64,000 nt of DNA from the human T2T-CHM13v2.0 reference genome, Homo sapiens (GCF_009914755.1 NC_060928.1); one strand, 5' to 3'. Positions 1 through 17,500 are shown, counted from the first letter of the stretch. The notes: generated from the sequence alone by a model not told the origin. Translations and numbers: made by a program.

Positions 1-1545
<1,545 letters not shown>

Positions 1546-3403
1546 ATAACTCAAAAAGAAAAGAACATTTAGAAGTATAGGCTGGGTGATTATTGATCAT
1601 AGTCAGCAAACCACTGGCCTGAGGTACACCTAAATCAATCTTCACACTTTGTTGCTTAAATTGACTAACAACTCCACAAAAAATAGACTTATTTACAAAG
1701 GAAATGAGATCTCTTGCTCTAAAGTTTTAGATTAACCTTGAGATAGCTGTGCCTTTTTGTGTTAGAGCACAATTATTTTATAAAGATCATGAAATGGCTA
1801 CAATATGTGCTCTGAGAACTCAGCATTCAGAGATGGTACTGTGTGCTGTTTTGTGTAGGAGATATATGCTTCTAAAAACTCATAATGAAATAATGTATTC
1901 AGTGTAGGCATGACTTTTTCATAATTGATGTGGGTAGAGATGAGATTAATAAAAGAATAAAGCTTCCTAGAAATTTAACAGAGCTTGAATAATATTTAAA
2001 ACATTAAATTATTTTGATTTACAGCAGATCCATAAATTCTAACCTTTTGGAATGGTATTTTAAAGCTGAAAGAAACCATATAGTCTATTTTCCTTAGTTT
2101 ACAAATGAGAAAAGTAAACGTCAGAAAAATAAAATAATCAACAACCAAGTAAGCATTGGAACTTGGGTCTCTGGCAGTGGAAATACTTATATTTCAACCA
2201 CAAAATTCAAAAATAGCAACTTGATACTGATATTGCTGTGAGGTCCTTTCTGAAATCCCTCAAATATTACATGCTTTAGTCACTCCGCCAGAACAATCTG
2301 ATCATAAATGCTTCAGTCTCTGAGTTCTGTTGTCCAGTGATCTATACAAAACATTCATGATGAGGCAGGGGATACTAGTTCATTTGGACTTTTGAAGGAT
2401 ATTCAAATGCAAGAGAAATGGAAGCCAAAGGGAGCGGGCAGCAGATGACAAAATGAGAGAGGGACTAGGAAAGTAGGTGTTGGAGAAATTATGTGGAGAA
2501 AACCCAAGGCCATGGGGTTGAATAGGGGATTGAGGTTAATTTGAGGGCCTGAATCAATTATGGGATTCAATGTGAGTTACCTTGTTAATTGGGTAAATGG
2601 GGGACCAATCAAATGACACTGGAGAGAAGAGTAAAATGAGCGCACTTATCTAGAACCTCTTTAAAATCATCAATGTCAGTTAATGCAATATTTGTGGTTT
2701 GAAGCTGAGCTGAGTCAACTCTTGTATAGTTTGGCTATTGATATGGCTTTTCTTTAAAAGCACAAGTTCAAGAACATAAACATCATTTATTCCCAATTAA
2801 AACTGAGTAGTTATTGTAAACTGTTGTAATTATTGTTTGTGTTGAGTTAGAGTATTTTGTAGCATCAATAATGGCAAAAATGTGAATATAATAATTGTCA
2901 ATTAATATGTAAATTAAGCAGCAAAGAGGTTTAATTGCCATTTTATTAAATGTTACTCTTATAGAATGAGGTAAGCTGTTTGATTGTCTAAAAGTTCACT
3001 TTATTAACAGAATGAAAATTTGAAGAAAATGTTTAAAGTTGAAAAATTCAGATTGAAAGGAAAAGGGAAAGAAAAATTCTAGCTATTTATCTTGAACTTT
3101 TCATTAGTCACCCTGTAGCCCTTTTTCCACAATCACTCTGACCATTGCAACACTTACTTTCCTAAAGTTTTCAAAGTATTTTGTGTGGACAACCTCTAGA
3201 GAATTCAAAAGAGAATGGTAATGTAATAAAGGGCATACTAATTGGCAGTGTCATGAGGAGTCATTGAGAATAAATTCCAAAGTGTGAGAATTGTGGTCTC
3301 TCAGGGAAATTGTTTTTAATTCTTCAAACATTTACTTTATTGAACTACAGGAGACAAATAGGTGCAACAACCAATATAGCTGTGTCCTTAAAATATAAAA
3401 TAG

Positions 3404-3955
<552 letters not shown>

Positions 3956-4943
3956 GGTTTCATGTGTAAACATAGTAATAAACTCTTATTACCAAGATAA
4001 TATTTGTGGTTATCATGAACTTCAATAGATGTGACACCTAGGCAACTTGAAATAATTGGAGGAGAATTATGTGACAGGTGCTGTCACAGAGAAGCCTTAG
4101 ATTCAAGGGCAAATTTGGGGGCACAATCTTCAAAGGATAAAGAGATGAATATGGGCCATTGTATAAATGTTACCCTCTTTACTAATAGAGCTTCTCTGAA
4201 GTTCTTGGGGGAAAAAAAGACCCCAGAAAGGATTACTGTCCCTAGAGTACTGCTTCTTGCAAGATTTATGTAAAGTTGAAGGCTCTTTTGAGGGAAGACG
4301 ACAGGGAGAAGTCAAAGAGAGCTTTCTCTCATTCATGTCAGGGAGACATCCATGTTGCTACTCTCTCAGCTTTACTCTGTTATAATTATAATAGTGGAAG
4401 GAATGAAATTTGTTATACACTTCTGACACAGAATTGACTTACGTTGCCAAAAAATTCTGGTTGACTATGGTAATCATGTTCAATGGATCAACTGAAAAGA
4501 CCATACATCATTATGTGTTTTAGCTCTAGAGGACTCCTGTGAGTGAGGGTACATTTAAATAATATGCCAAAAAAACCTAGTAAAGTAGAAACCTAACAGA
4601 TTTTTGTGTACAAGCATAAGGGAAATACATTTACTATGCTGTTAGTTGATTTTGTCATATCTGATTTTGCAATTGCTAAACAAATAATAGAAAATGAATA
4701 TTACAATCTGTTTAATTTAAAAATGAATGAAAAGAAAAGTAGATATAAAATAAAGCTGTGAGAAGACATGGTTATTTTTGTCTTCGTGTTTTTTCTTTTC
4801 CACCAAGAATTCATCCATCTTTGCTCTAGGAAATAATTTAGAATTTATGTAGATTTTTCACTCAAACTTAAAAAGAATCCTTCAAGGCTTAGAAAATTTA
4901 CGCATAGCGTCTTTCCAAAATTTTTTTTGAAAAAATTTACTTT

Positions 4944-5376
4944 TGCTATTATTTAATATGCTTCATCCACACCAAGATTCATATTGAGGCTTGATCCCCA
5001 ATGTAATAGTGTTGAGAGGTGGTGGGATCCTTAAGAGGTGTTTGGGTCATAAGAGATCTGCCATTATGAAGAGATTAATCCCATCTCTTTTGAGTGAGCG
5101 TAGGTCTGGAATAGCAACCCGAGAGTGAGTTGTTATAAATCAAGGTCATCCTTCATGTTTTGTCTTCATTGCATGTGCCTGCTTGCTGTTCTTGCATGTG
5201 TTCCTGTCGTGTGATGCCATCACTATGTTGTGATGCAGCATGAGGCCCTCACCAGATACAGCCACCTGATCTTGGACTTCACAGCCTCCAGAAATGTGAG
5301 CTAAATAAATCTCTATTCTTTATAAATTACTCAGTCTCAGGTATTCTCTTGTAGCCACAGAAAATGGACTAACATA
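4944..5376 (+). mobile_element. MaLR solo LTR (MST/MLT1A-type)
   Basis: tgcta... start, 'atcttggacttcacagcctccagaaatgtgagctaaataaa', end 'gaaaatggactaacata'. Confidence 0.85.
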
Positions 5377-5529
5377 ACTTCCTTAATATTGGCTCGTTTT
5401 TTCAAAAAAGTATATATTTCTGTAGCACATTTTTTAAAAAGAATATAATTGAATGCAAAATGTAAATGAATGTAATTACCATTACTGACCATTATCACAA
5501 TGGGCAGCATCTTCTTATCATCACTAGAG

Positions 5530-6167
<638 letters not shown>

Positions 6168-7130
6168 GTAGATTAGCTTTGACTCTGCTTGTACATTATA
6201 TAAATATATAAACGGAATCTTACAGTACATATTCGTTTGTGTCTGGCTTCTTTCACTCAATAGTGTTGAGAGATTCATCCATGTGGTGTGTTGCTACACA
6301 TGTTTATTTCATGGCTACATAGTGTTACATTGAATAAATATACTAGAATATATTTGTTCTACTGTTGATAGACACTTGAATTTTCTCCAATTTGAGGCTA
6401 TTAAGAATAACGGTGCCATAAGCACTTTGTAAATGTCTTTCAGTTCACATTTGTACATACTGCTGTCAGGCGCAGATCTACAGATGGAATTGCTGGGTGA
6501 TATGATATGCATACATACGGCTTAATAGATACTGGCAAACAGTTTTCCAAAGGGATTATGCCAATTTACACTCCCATTAGCAGTGACTTCGAGTTCCAGT
6601 TGCTCTGTCCATATCATTTACAATACTTGACATATGAGTCCTTTTGTACTTTGACCATTTTGTTTGATATGCAGTGGTATGTCATTTTAGCTTTAATTTC
6701 TGTCTCCCTGAAAGTTAGCAAGACTAAATTTGCCTATCTTAAAATCAAGTTTTCTTTTTGAAAAAAATTGATTTTTCTAAGTTCTTGATATACTCTCAAT
6801 ATGAATTCTTTCTTTGTTATATTTATTGCAAATAATAGCTCTGAGACTTGCCTTTCACTTTCTTGTGTCTTGTGATAAACAGGAGTTCTTAATTTTAATG
6901 TGGTCTAATTTCTCAATTTCTCAGTCTTTTCTTTTACGGCTAGTGCTTTTTGTGCTCTGCTTAAGAAACTTTTGCCTACCCAAAAGTCTTAAAAATACTT
7001 TCTAACATTATTTTTTTAGAAACTCTATTTTTTCTTTCATACCAATCTTCAATTCACCTAAAATGGTATGTAGTATGAAGGAAGGGTTAATATTTTTCAC
7101 TATGGATAGTCTGCTGACTCAGCATAATTT

Positions 7131-7444
7131 CTTTTTTCTTTTCTTTTTCTTTTTCTTTTTTTTTTAGAGATAGAATCTCACTCTGTCACTCAGGCTGGAG
7201 TGCATTGGCATGATCTTGGCTCATTGCAACCTCTGCCTCCTGGGTTCAAGTAATTCTCATGCTTCCGCCACCCAACATAGTGGGATTACAGGTGTGTGCC
7301 ACCGAGCCAGTCTAATGTTTGTAATTTTAGTAGAGATAGGGGTTTTGCCATGTTTGCCAGGCTGGTCTTGAACTCCTGGCCTCAAGTGATCAGCTTTGCC
7401 TCCGAAAGTGCTGGGATTACAGGCGCGAGCCACTGTGCCTGGCC
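7131..7444 (-). mobile_element. AluJb/old AluS-like element
   Basis: Diverged antisense Alu; 16-bp TSD tgactcagcataattt (7115-7130 / 7445-7460). Confidence 0.92.
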
Positions 7445-7771
7445 TGACTCAGCATAATTTATTTTAAAAAACAGATTTCCCTTTTTTATAGCAGCAACAT
7501 GGTAATAAATCAAGCATCTATATATGTGTGGGTCTTTTTCAGAATTGTTTTTTACTACATTGGTCTACTTGTCCATGTTTACTCCAGTTCCACAGTTTTA
7601 ATTATGGTAACTTTATAATTTATACTGATATCTTGTAGTATAGGTCCTCTGACTGTCTTTTCTTCGTCAATATTGTCTGGGTTTTTTTTGTGGCTCTTTG
7701 CAATTTCAAGTACGTTTTATAATGAGCTTGATAAATTACATGAAACATTCTACTGGTATTATAATTGGTAT

Positions 7772-8411
7772 TGTGAGAAACAAACCTACCTGTCCAAACC
7801 CAAAGAATGGACTCAGAGACCTGGAGAACAGCGAAAGGGAAACTTGTAATGATGCTCTTGCAAGAATTGGGTGTCTGATGTGCAGGCACACACAGCACAG
7901 TTTTAACAAGCAATTTAACCCCTAGTGTGCAGGTCCCTCTCCTGGTTTTTCATAGGCTTAATACTAGGGGGTCACAATCTTCCTGGAGGTCACCTATTGA
8001 TTGTTGGGCAGGGGCTTTAGGTGTTTGTTCGTTTGTTTGTTTTTTTTTAGGGTTGTTTTGCTGCATTTTGTTGCAGCCCACAATGCATTGCAATCCTAGT
8101 TAGCTTAGGGGCTCTTCAAGTATTTACTTATGAGCTAAGTAGCTGGGCAGGCTAATAAAAACAGACAAAACGAACTATTTTGCAGGCTAGTAAACTTTTA
8201 TCTTAGACTAAACTTCTTTGGTTCTGGTGAAGGCAAGGAAACAGGGTTGTGGGGGTGGAGTGGGGGAGGGGGAGGCCAACAAGCAGGCATTGGCTATCTA
8301 AGCAGGAAGCCTAGTATGTTCTGTTTCTTCTGTAGTTTGCTAACGTAAGTCTATTTAAGGCACTTTGTCTTGGAAATGGACCATGGGCCATTGTATACAT
8401 TATTTCCTTCA
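7772..8411 (-). mobile_element. ERV1-class solo LTR (family not assigned)
   Basis: TG...CA termini, 4-bp TSD gtat, interrupts the L1M; strand inferred from the U5-like end at the left. Confidence 0.8.
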
Positions 8412-8956
8412 GTATTGGAGATACTCTTTATAGAATAATTTAAAAATAATATACATGTTTATGGTATTGAATATCTTCCTTTTATTTAGGTCTTTTGAAA
8501 TTTTTTTAAATAACGTTTCATATTTTTTGTGTAGAGCTTTGCACATTTGTTAATTTATTTCTAGATATTTGGTCTTTTGATATAATTGTTAATGATATAA
8601 TTTTTAAAATATCATTTTTAATCACTTATTGGTATATAAACAGAGATTTTTCATATTGACCTTGAACTCTGTGATTTTTCTAAATTCATTTAATCAATAA
8701 TTTTCCTATGGATTATCTTGCAGCTTGGATATAATACAGTCTATAAGTAATGACAGTTTTTCTTTCTAATCTTTATATGTATTATTTTTCTTGCATTATT
8801 ATGCATGCTAGGATCTTTTTCCTACCAATGTTAAATAAAACTGTTGTTAATAAGGGGAACCTGTCTCCTTTGCAATGTCAGATAAAAAGTTTTCAATATT
8901 TCTCCATTAAATATGATATTTATCATAGGTTTTTGAAAATGCTTTTTAAAGGTATG

Positions 8957-9324
8957 TGATCTCATTTGGATTTGTGTCCTTACCTAAATCTCATGTCAAA
9001 GGGGAGGAGGGGCCTGGTGGGAGATGACTGGAGCATGGGGATGGATTTCCTCCTTGCTGTTCTCATGATAGTGAGTGAGTTCTCACAAGATCTGATGGCT
9101 TAAAAGAGTGTGGCCCTTCCCTCTTCTCTCTCACTACTGGTCTGCCATGACAAGACATGCTTACTTTCCCTTTGCCTTCTGCCATGATTGTAAGTATCCT
9201 GAAGCTTCCCACCCATGCTTCCTGTTAAGCCTGCAGAACTGTGAGCCAATTAAGCCTCCTTTCTTCATATATTACCCCTTCTCAGATAGTTCTTTGTAGC
9301 AGTGTGAGAATGCACTAATATACA
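8957..9324 (+). mobile_element. MSTA/MSTB-like MaLR solo LTR
   Basis: 'tctcatgatagtgagtgagttctcac', 'gcctgcagaactgtgagccaattaa'; 5-bp TSD gtatg. Confidence 0.92.
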
Positions 9325-11865
9325 GTATGAAAATGAATATTTATTTAGATTAAGAAATATGCACCACAAATTATTGGAAACTTAGAGATTTGAGTTCATT
9401 TCTTCTGAGACAACTTTACACAATTTTCCAGACATGTTAACATATAAATGTTTCTTGGTTGCAACCCACTTTGCTCTCTCTCCAGAATTCTCTACAATCC
9501 CCAGCAATTCCTAACACTTATAGGGGCCTGTGAAAATGAAGGCTCTGAAAACTGGGCCTCAAAAACGTGATAATTTCATCTGAGAAATTTTTTCAGTTTG
9601 GCTGTAGTTTTCTTTCTCTTGATGTTAATTCTGAAAACTTTCTTAAGATTATCTTGTAAATACTCTATCATATTAAAGAAATTTCTTTCTATTGCTAGTT
9701 AGGAAGTTTTTATCATAAATGGGCATTGGATTTTATCAAAAAATTCAACATCTGTTTGTTGCTGCATCTATTGAGATAGTGACAGGATAATTTCTCCTTT
9801 ATTATTGTACTGAGCTATCATGATTGAAATTCAAGGGTCTGTTCCTAAATAAAACCTACTTGGTTGTGATATGTTATTCTTTTTAGAAATCACCAGATTA
9901 GATTGCTGATATTGCTTCAGAATGTTTGAGTTAGACGTTTCCTTTTTTATAATATACTCATCAGGGTGTCTTGGATTCACAACATGAGATGAAAAGTGTT
10001 CTCTCTTCTATTCTACACAATAGATTGTGTAAGTGGTGTTATTTATTTCTTAAATGTTTAGAGAAATTCATTAATAAACACATATGGGTCTGAATTTTCT
10101 TTGTGGCAAGGTTTTAATTTCAGATTCAAAATTATTGTTAGTATAGAATTATTCCAATTATTTTCTGTTGTATCAATTTTGATAAAATGTGTTTTAATGT
10201 AAGTTTTCAAATTTGTTAGCACAAAATTGTTCTTAAAATTCTCTTTATCTGTCTAATAAATGTTGACTTTATGGTGACATTCCTTTTTAGTCTTTCTGTT
10301 GGTAATCCGTACCTTTACTGTTTTTATTCTTTGTTAGTTTTTTCAAAGGTTATACATTTATTTGCCTTTTCGAGGAACAATTTTGGGTTTTATTTACCTT
10401 CATTGCATTTTTTGTCCTGACTCAATTTCTGTTTGAATCTTTGTTACTCTTTCTTTCTAACTTATTGGGGTCTAATCTACTATTATTTTTCTATCTTCTT
10501 TAGGTGACTACTTCAATCATTGATTTTTAGCCCTTCTGTTTTCTAGAATAGATGTATTAAAGATGATCATTTTTTCTTAAAGCACATCCATAGCTGCATT
10601 TTATAAGATTTGATATGTAATATTTTTATTATCATCCAGCTCAGTGTATATTCTAACTTCATTGGGATTTCTCCCTTTAGCTATGGGACTTTTTAGGAGA
10701 GTATTGCTTAGTTTTTCAATATTTGATACATTTTTTGGTTACATTCTATTATTGATTTCTACCTCATTTCCAGTGACTACACACTGTATAACTTCAATCC
10801 TTCAAAATTTGTCAATGTGTGTTTTTTTCTTTGTTCTTACCTTTTATTGTCCTCTCCTTTCTTAAAAATGAGTTTTTCTCTTTTGCTTCTTAACCATTCT
10901 TTTACTGTTAATTTTTTTAAGGTGTTACCCTAGAGATTATACATGAATTCCTGGCTTATTTAATTCTAATAAAAATTAGTAATTTTTCCCCTTTTTGGAC
11001 AATCTAAGGATTTAAAATGATTTCACTTACTTTTCTACTTCTCCCATTTTCTTCTATTGTCATTTATTTTAGTGCTATTTGTATATTATTCTATAAACTC
11101 CTCAATATATGATTGTTATTTTACATGTTTAATATTCATTTAGTTTTTTTATTGCTATTTATGTATTTATTTATTCTTTTTTATTTCTGTGCTTTCACTT
11201 GAAATTATTTTTTTTGACTTGAAGGGCTCCCTTTAGAATTTGTTTTGCTGCAGCCCTACTGGTAACATTTTCTTTTTGTTTTGTGCTTGTATAAAAATGT
11301 TTTTATTTAACATTCATTTGGGGGAATATTTTTGTTAGATACAAAATTCTAGGCTGCAGTTATTTTCTTTTAGCGTTTTGAAAGTGCTTGTTGTCATCTG
11401 GCTTCCAATATTTCAATTGTGAAATTAACTGTCAGACTGATGATTATTCCTTTTAAAAGTATTATGTGGTTTTTTTTTCTATCTGCAAAGATTTTCCTCT
11501 TTGTCTTTTTAGATATCTTTCTTTTTATGTGGTTAGGCAGTTGTTTTGAATTTTTCCCAGTTGGGCACGGTAGTATTTTGTGAACTGTGACTTTTATCAC
11601 TTGGAAATTCTTCAGCTACTTCTTCTTCAGATATTACCTCTGTTCTAGTCTCTGTTACCTCTTCTCTGGAATTCCAGTTACATATATTTTAGACCTTTCA
11701 GACCATATTCCATACATGGCATTAGTCCCATCTTTTGATGTCTCATTGCAGTTTTTCTAATTTTCAGTTCTAGAATTTCCACTTGATTCTGTTCTAAAAT
11801 TTCCAGTCCTTTTTTGAAATTATTCATATTACCAGCAAATTTCTTGAGCATATTAACCGCAGTAA

Positions 11866-12324
<459 letters not shown>

Positions 12325-12550
12325 TAACATTTTCTCTTAAAAAAGCCCTCTAAAGACTGCAGACAATAAAGCAATCTGAAAGCAGCTATAAGTATGTTGA
12401 AAAAAAAGAAAATAATAGGAAAAGGAACATTAGGAAAAAAATGTTTATGTGGTAGCTTTCTATGCTTCATTCTTCAGAAATTTCCCTCACCCACCCCCAG
12501 ATTTCTAAGTCCTATGCATTAACAGATATCGTTGTCCCTTTGAAGACACC

Positions 12551-12977
12551 TGTATTAATTTGCCAGGATTGCCATAATAAAGCACCATGGATTGGGGTGC
12601 CAGAAGTCCCAGATCAAAGGGTTTGTGGAGTTGGTTTCTTTGAGAGCTGTGAGGGAGAATCTGTTTCATGTCTGTGCCCTAACTTCTGGTAGTTTGCTAG
12701 AAATCTTTGGTGTTCCTTGGCTTCTATGGTATCATCCTGATGCCTGCCTTCATCTTCCTAAGGTATTCTCCCTGAGTGTGTCAAAATTTCTTTTTTTTAT
12801 GAAGATATCAGTCCTGTTGGATTTGAGGTGCACCCTACTCCTGTATAATCTCATTTTAGCTTGTTACATCTGCAGTGATCCTGTTTGCAATTAAGGTCAC
12901 ATTCTGAGATACTTGGGAGTTAGGATTTCAACACATGAATTTTTGGGAGACAAGGCATAATTCAATCCATCGCAACA
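12551..12977 (-). mobile_element. MLT1B/C-type MaLR LTR
   Basis: 'tgtattaatttgccaggattgccataataaagcacc', 'ggtcacattctgagatacttgggagttaggatttcaacacatgaattttt'. Confidence 0.85.
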
Positions 12978-13539
12978 CCCAAATATAAATTGACTATTTT
13001 TAGAATTTTTCAGTCTTATTAGAATGGTAGAAACACAGAAGTCTTCCAATGTCCTCATTCTATGCCAAAATAGAAAACTTGAAGTAAATAAGAAAGAGAG
13101 ACATTTCAGATAACCTTTAGGCTTTCAGGCTATGTACCAAAAAGACACCATTAAGAGGCAAGACATGACCCACGGTAAGATAAGAAGATAGGAAGCTTCT
13201 CTACTGCAAACTCCTAGGACTTATAACATTGCTTTCAAAAAACTTCTTAAAGTATCTAAGTATTTTCTTGTGTAATGTTATACATCTGAGCACATAATAT
13301 TTAGAATAAGTAATATATCTGATGTCTTCAAAATAATGAAAATAAATATTTTAACTGTTCCAAAGTTTGCTTTGGGGTCTTGAGATTTAGCCAATGACCG
13401 AATAAAAATATTAATAATGATTTTGTATATTTCGTATAATGCTATCAACCTGCCATCAGCACTTTATAGTACTTTTCCCCAGGGGTTGTTGTGATTGTTT
13501 GTCACTATTTCATCGTTAGTAATAGAACTAATAGAATTT

Positions 13540-13645
13540 TTCTGAAAGAGTTAATGTGGGGGTCAAATAAGGTAACAAATGTAAAGCACTTACTAGCGTG
13601 CCTGGGACAGAGTAATTGCTCAATAAATGTTACTGTTATTATTAG
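13540..13645 (+). mobile_element. MIR 3' fragment
   Basis: 'tgtaaagcacttactagcgtgcctgggacagagtaattgctcaataaatgttac'. Confidence 0.75.
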
Positions 13646-13899
13646 AGTATAGAAGGTGCTGCATTTTTAAAAAACTTCGTGAAGTGTTTTCCCTTTTTGG
13701 TGATACAATTCAGGGGTGCTCCTATGCCATTTTTTCTTCAAGAAAGAGAAGGGTTGGTGCCACCCAGAAAAAGAGCTCATGGTGTAGTAAAGAAGTTAGA
13801 AATGTAAACATAATCCAGTCACTTAGATAATTAGTCTAGGAAGTATGGGGCCACTTCATTTTTAAGAGAAAAGGTTAGACTATAATAATGTATCTGGAT

Positions 13900-14640
13900 A
13901 CATCGGCTCTAAAGGAGAAGGAAAACGAAGTTAGAGAAGGTTCCTCTGATGGTCTGCCTTTTCTGTATGAAGTATGGAGCAAGATCATTGGTGGGAAATT
14001 AAAGATGGGAGTGGAGTAGAGTATTTGAGAGGGGTAAAGTGTTGGAAGTACTCCCCCGAAGAATACAAATGTGAGCTGAATGGAGTCAGTACTGAGTCCA
14101 ATTGAACACAAGGTCTAGTTGAAGCCATCATTTTGTAGCTTAAGCCAGTAAAAACTGTTGTTTTATTTTACTCTCCTTTATCATTTCTATTCTATTTAAA
14201 TGTTATCCTATTTTATTTTATTTTATTTTATTTGATGTAATTGGTTGAGGCAAAGCTGAACATCGTATGGGCACAAGCTAAGAAGTGACTGATGGCATCC
14301 ACCCAGGCCTGGATTGAGGCAGAGAGAGGAGAAGAGGGTGAGGGAGCTGATGATGTGGGTGAAGTCACCAACTAACCAGGCAGGAGGGAAGGAATTGACA
14401 GCAGGATGTGCTGATACAGGAAAAACAGGTATCTCCATGGTGGAAGAACAGATATGGCAGCAGAAAGGGGATGAGAGAAATAGGAGGAAACCTGTTGCTA
14501 AGAATGTGGTATTTGAGGATCTGAGAAGTTGGACCTGGTGCAGTTCCAGGTGGTTGATCTGGGGTTTGGGGTGCAGGGAATGGAATGCTTCCATACAGCC
14601 AGGGGACAGGATAAGGAGATAAAGAGATGAAGGTGAAGGC
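13900..14640 (-). mobile_element. L2 fragments
   Basis: Purine-rich + strand with 'gaaggttcctctgatggtctgccttttctgtatgaagtatggagcaagatc', typical of antisense L2 ORF2. Confidence 0.55.
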
Positions 14641-15604
14641 AAACTGTCAATTTCTCAGTCTCATAGTCCTTGGCTGTGCTCCTGTGTTAGCTGCGATTTC
14701 AAAATAGGTCACTTCCTGTCCTTACTTTACTCTGTCTCCTCTCCATCGCCTACTTGGCATCTTGTGTCTTTTCAATGTCATGTTAAGAGTTCACTTTCCC
14801 AATCAGGAGAAGCACAGGACATAAATCAATGTAATTAATGCATGTTTCTTTCTTTCTCAAAGACTTGCCTAAATAAAACCTTACAATTTATTTTAGTGAA
14901 CAAATTAAATGTTGACTTTTAAAAACACAGTACTTGTACTTTTTAACCTTCAAAGAACTTTACACATATTAAGGTCATTACTCTTTTTAACACTCCTAGA
15001 GTCTTTGAGTTGAACATACGTGTTCAAAAGATTAACACAGAGGGTGAGGATGTTTGGCTGTCAGATGTAGTTTTTAGCTGTAATATCTGGCCTTTGAGAT
15101 AATATTGCTCTGGCCATGTCTGAAAGCCAGGAAATAATGATTTCTGTTCCACTTTCTGTCAATGGGGAGCTATTATTACCCCCTTCAGTGTGAACTCATT
15201 TAGGACTACAAAAATAAAAATTGTTAATAATGGTTAATTATCAGATTAGAATTTCAAAGGGGAAAAATAATAGATATTAGTTTCCTCTGAAATTCACAAG
15301 CCAACTAAAGCCATTCCAAGCTTCCTGAGGCCCCTTCTCTCCTCTGTTTCTTATTTCATTTCATGCCTCCCTCTCCTTCTCTTTGGATTTCTCTCTTCTT
15401 ATTTATTTCTCTGTATACAGGGGATTTTTACTCCCCTCAAGTTCTCTTCATTGGTGCCACTCTTCTTATATACCTGGCTCTTTTTTCTTCACCTTCTGAT
15501 TTTCCACGTTTTCTTTTTCCTGCTTTCCCTTTTCTTACTTTACCATTTCCTTTTTGTTAAATTTCTGAAGCAGTCGGGAACAAGATATTTTTTCTAACTA
15601 ATTT

Positions 15605-15662
15605 CCCTCTTCCTTCCTTCCTTCCCTTCCCCTTCCTTCCTTCCTTCCTTCTTCTTCTTCTC

Positions 15663-15726
<64 letters not shown>

Positions 15727-15802
15727 TTTCTTTCTTTCTTTCTTTCTCTTTCTTTCTTTCTCTCTGTCTCTCTTTTCTTTCTTTTACTTTCTTTCTTCTT
15801 TT
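15605..15802. repeat. Compound pyrimidine microsatellite (TTCC)n/(TTC)n/(TTTC)n derived from an Alu tail
   Basis: About 16 uninterrupted CTTT units near 15663-15727 within a ~200-bp pyrimidine tract abutting the AluJ 3' end. Confidence 0.95.
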
Positions 15803-16113
15803 CCAGGGGCTCACTCTGTTGCCCAGGTTGGAGAGCAGTGGCATGATCATGGCTTACTGCAGCCTCAACCATCCAGGCTGAAGCAATCCTTCTACGTCTA
15901 GCTCCTGAGTAGCTGGGACTACAGATGTGCTCCACCACGGCTGGCTAATTTTGTTTGTTTATTTATTTATTTGTTTGTTTGTTTACTTCTTTATTTATTG
16001 AGACAAGGTCTCACTATGTTGCCCAGGCTTGTCTCCAACTCCTGGACTCAAGTGACCCTCCTGCCTTCAGCTCCCAAAGTGCTAGGGTTACAGGTGTGAG
16101 TGACCGCACCCAG
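15803..16113 (-). mobile_element. AluJo-like element
   Basis: 'ggcatgatcatggcttactgcagcctcaacc', 'ggtctcactatgttgcccaggc'; linker expanded to (TTTG/TTTA)n. Confidence 0.9.
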
Positions 16114-16947
16114 TCTATCATTTCCTTCTACAACATCTACACCTCCTTGTCCTGTCCTCTGGTCGCATGGATGCACTGCATTCCTGACCCAGCCCTGGGA
16201 TCAACCCCTCTATGCTCACTTTTACTTTTTATTACTATAGCAACAACAAGGGCTATTATTATTAATTAAAATTTATTGAACACATACCATGTGTCAGGCA
16301 AGTAGATTACTTTCTGTTTAGAAAATGCCATCACAAAGGGGACAACACATACAAAAGACAATGATCTGAATCTGCAAGTGGGAAAAAAACTAAAATGGAT
16401 TTTCGGTTGTTTGAAATAAAATTCCTTGCCATCAGCATTTGCTCAATATTGATAAAGGGAAGATTCAGGTCCCTTTGTAAGAGAGAGAGGGAAAAAACAG
16501 AGACATCGATTGAATCCATACTGTGAAACTGTGCAGTAGGTATTGACCCATCATTGCTCTCAAACAATGGAAAAAGAGTGAGATGAATTTGCTTTGTGTA
16601 GTAGCCAATCACTCAGGTGGCTGAGTCACAAACAAGATTTAATCTCTGATTGCTGCACAAAAATGTCTACAAAGAAGCTCCTGTGGAAGACATTTTTCCT
16701 CACCTATTCAAGGTTGCAGAGGTAGTTCTCTTTGTGATTTGTGAGTGGTGTAGGAGTGTGAAGAGTATAAATTAGAGAAGAATATAAGGAAGTTTGCTGT
16801 GTGTTTAGCAGGAACTGCATCCTAAGAAAGAATCAAGATCCTGCAGCCAAGAAGAGAACTGGGATCCAAAAGGTCTCATTAAAACAGGTTAAGTGTTTGC
16901 AAATCCCAATTACAATAGGTGCCATTAGCTATTAAATCTTAATGATC

Positions 16948-17252
16948 GGCCAGGCGCAGTGGCTCACACCTATAATCCCATCATTTTGGGAGACTGAGGC
17001 AGGCAGATCGCCTGAGGTTAGGAGTTTGAGACCAGTCTGACCAACGTGGTGAAACCCTGTCTCTACTAAAAATACAAAAAATTAGGCGTAGTGGCGTGCA
17101 CCTGTAATAGCTACTCAGGAGGCTGAAGCAGGGGAATTGCTTGAACCAGGGAGACAAAGGTTGCAGTGAGCCAAGATTGCTCCAATGTACTCCAGCCTGG
17201 GTGACAGAGCGAGACACTGTCTCGAAACAAAAACAAAAACAAAACAAAAAAA
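16948..17252 (+). mobile_element. AluSx-like element
   Basis: Full Alu with (CAAAA)n tail; TSD cttaatgatc. Confidence 0.93.
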
Positions 17253-17500
17253 CTTAATGATCAAATAGCTAATAAAGAATTGCCTCCATTCTTTGCTGAG
17301 GTGGGAAGAAACATTAGCTGCTGGAATGAGTTTGCAGATGGAGAGAAAAGTGGCTCTTAAAAACTCAGGAACTATGGTGTACCCTTACGTGTACCAATTG
17401 AAATGATAACGTGAATCCCGGTCTTCCCTGGTCAACAGGAACACTACAGGTGGGGAGGAAGAACCTCCTCTCTTTATGTTTCTGTAAATCATCCTGCCTT

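Noticed and set aside
15557-15938. Lys/Glu/Arg-rich ORFs
   Set aside because: They are translations of the (GAAA)n microsatellite and Alu sequence.
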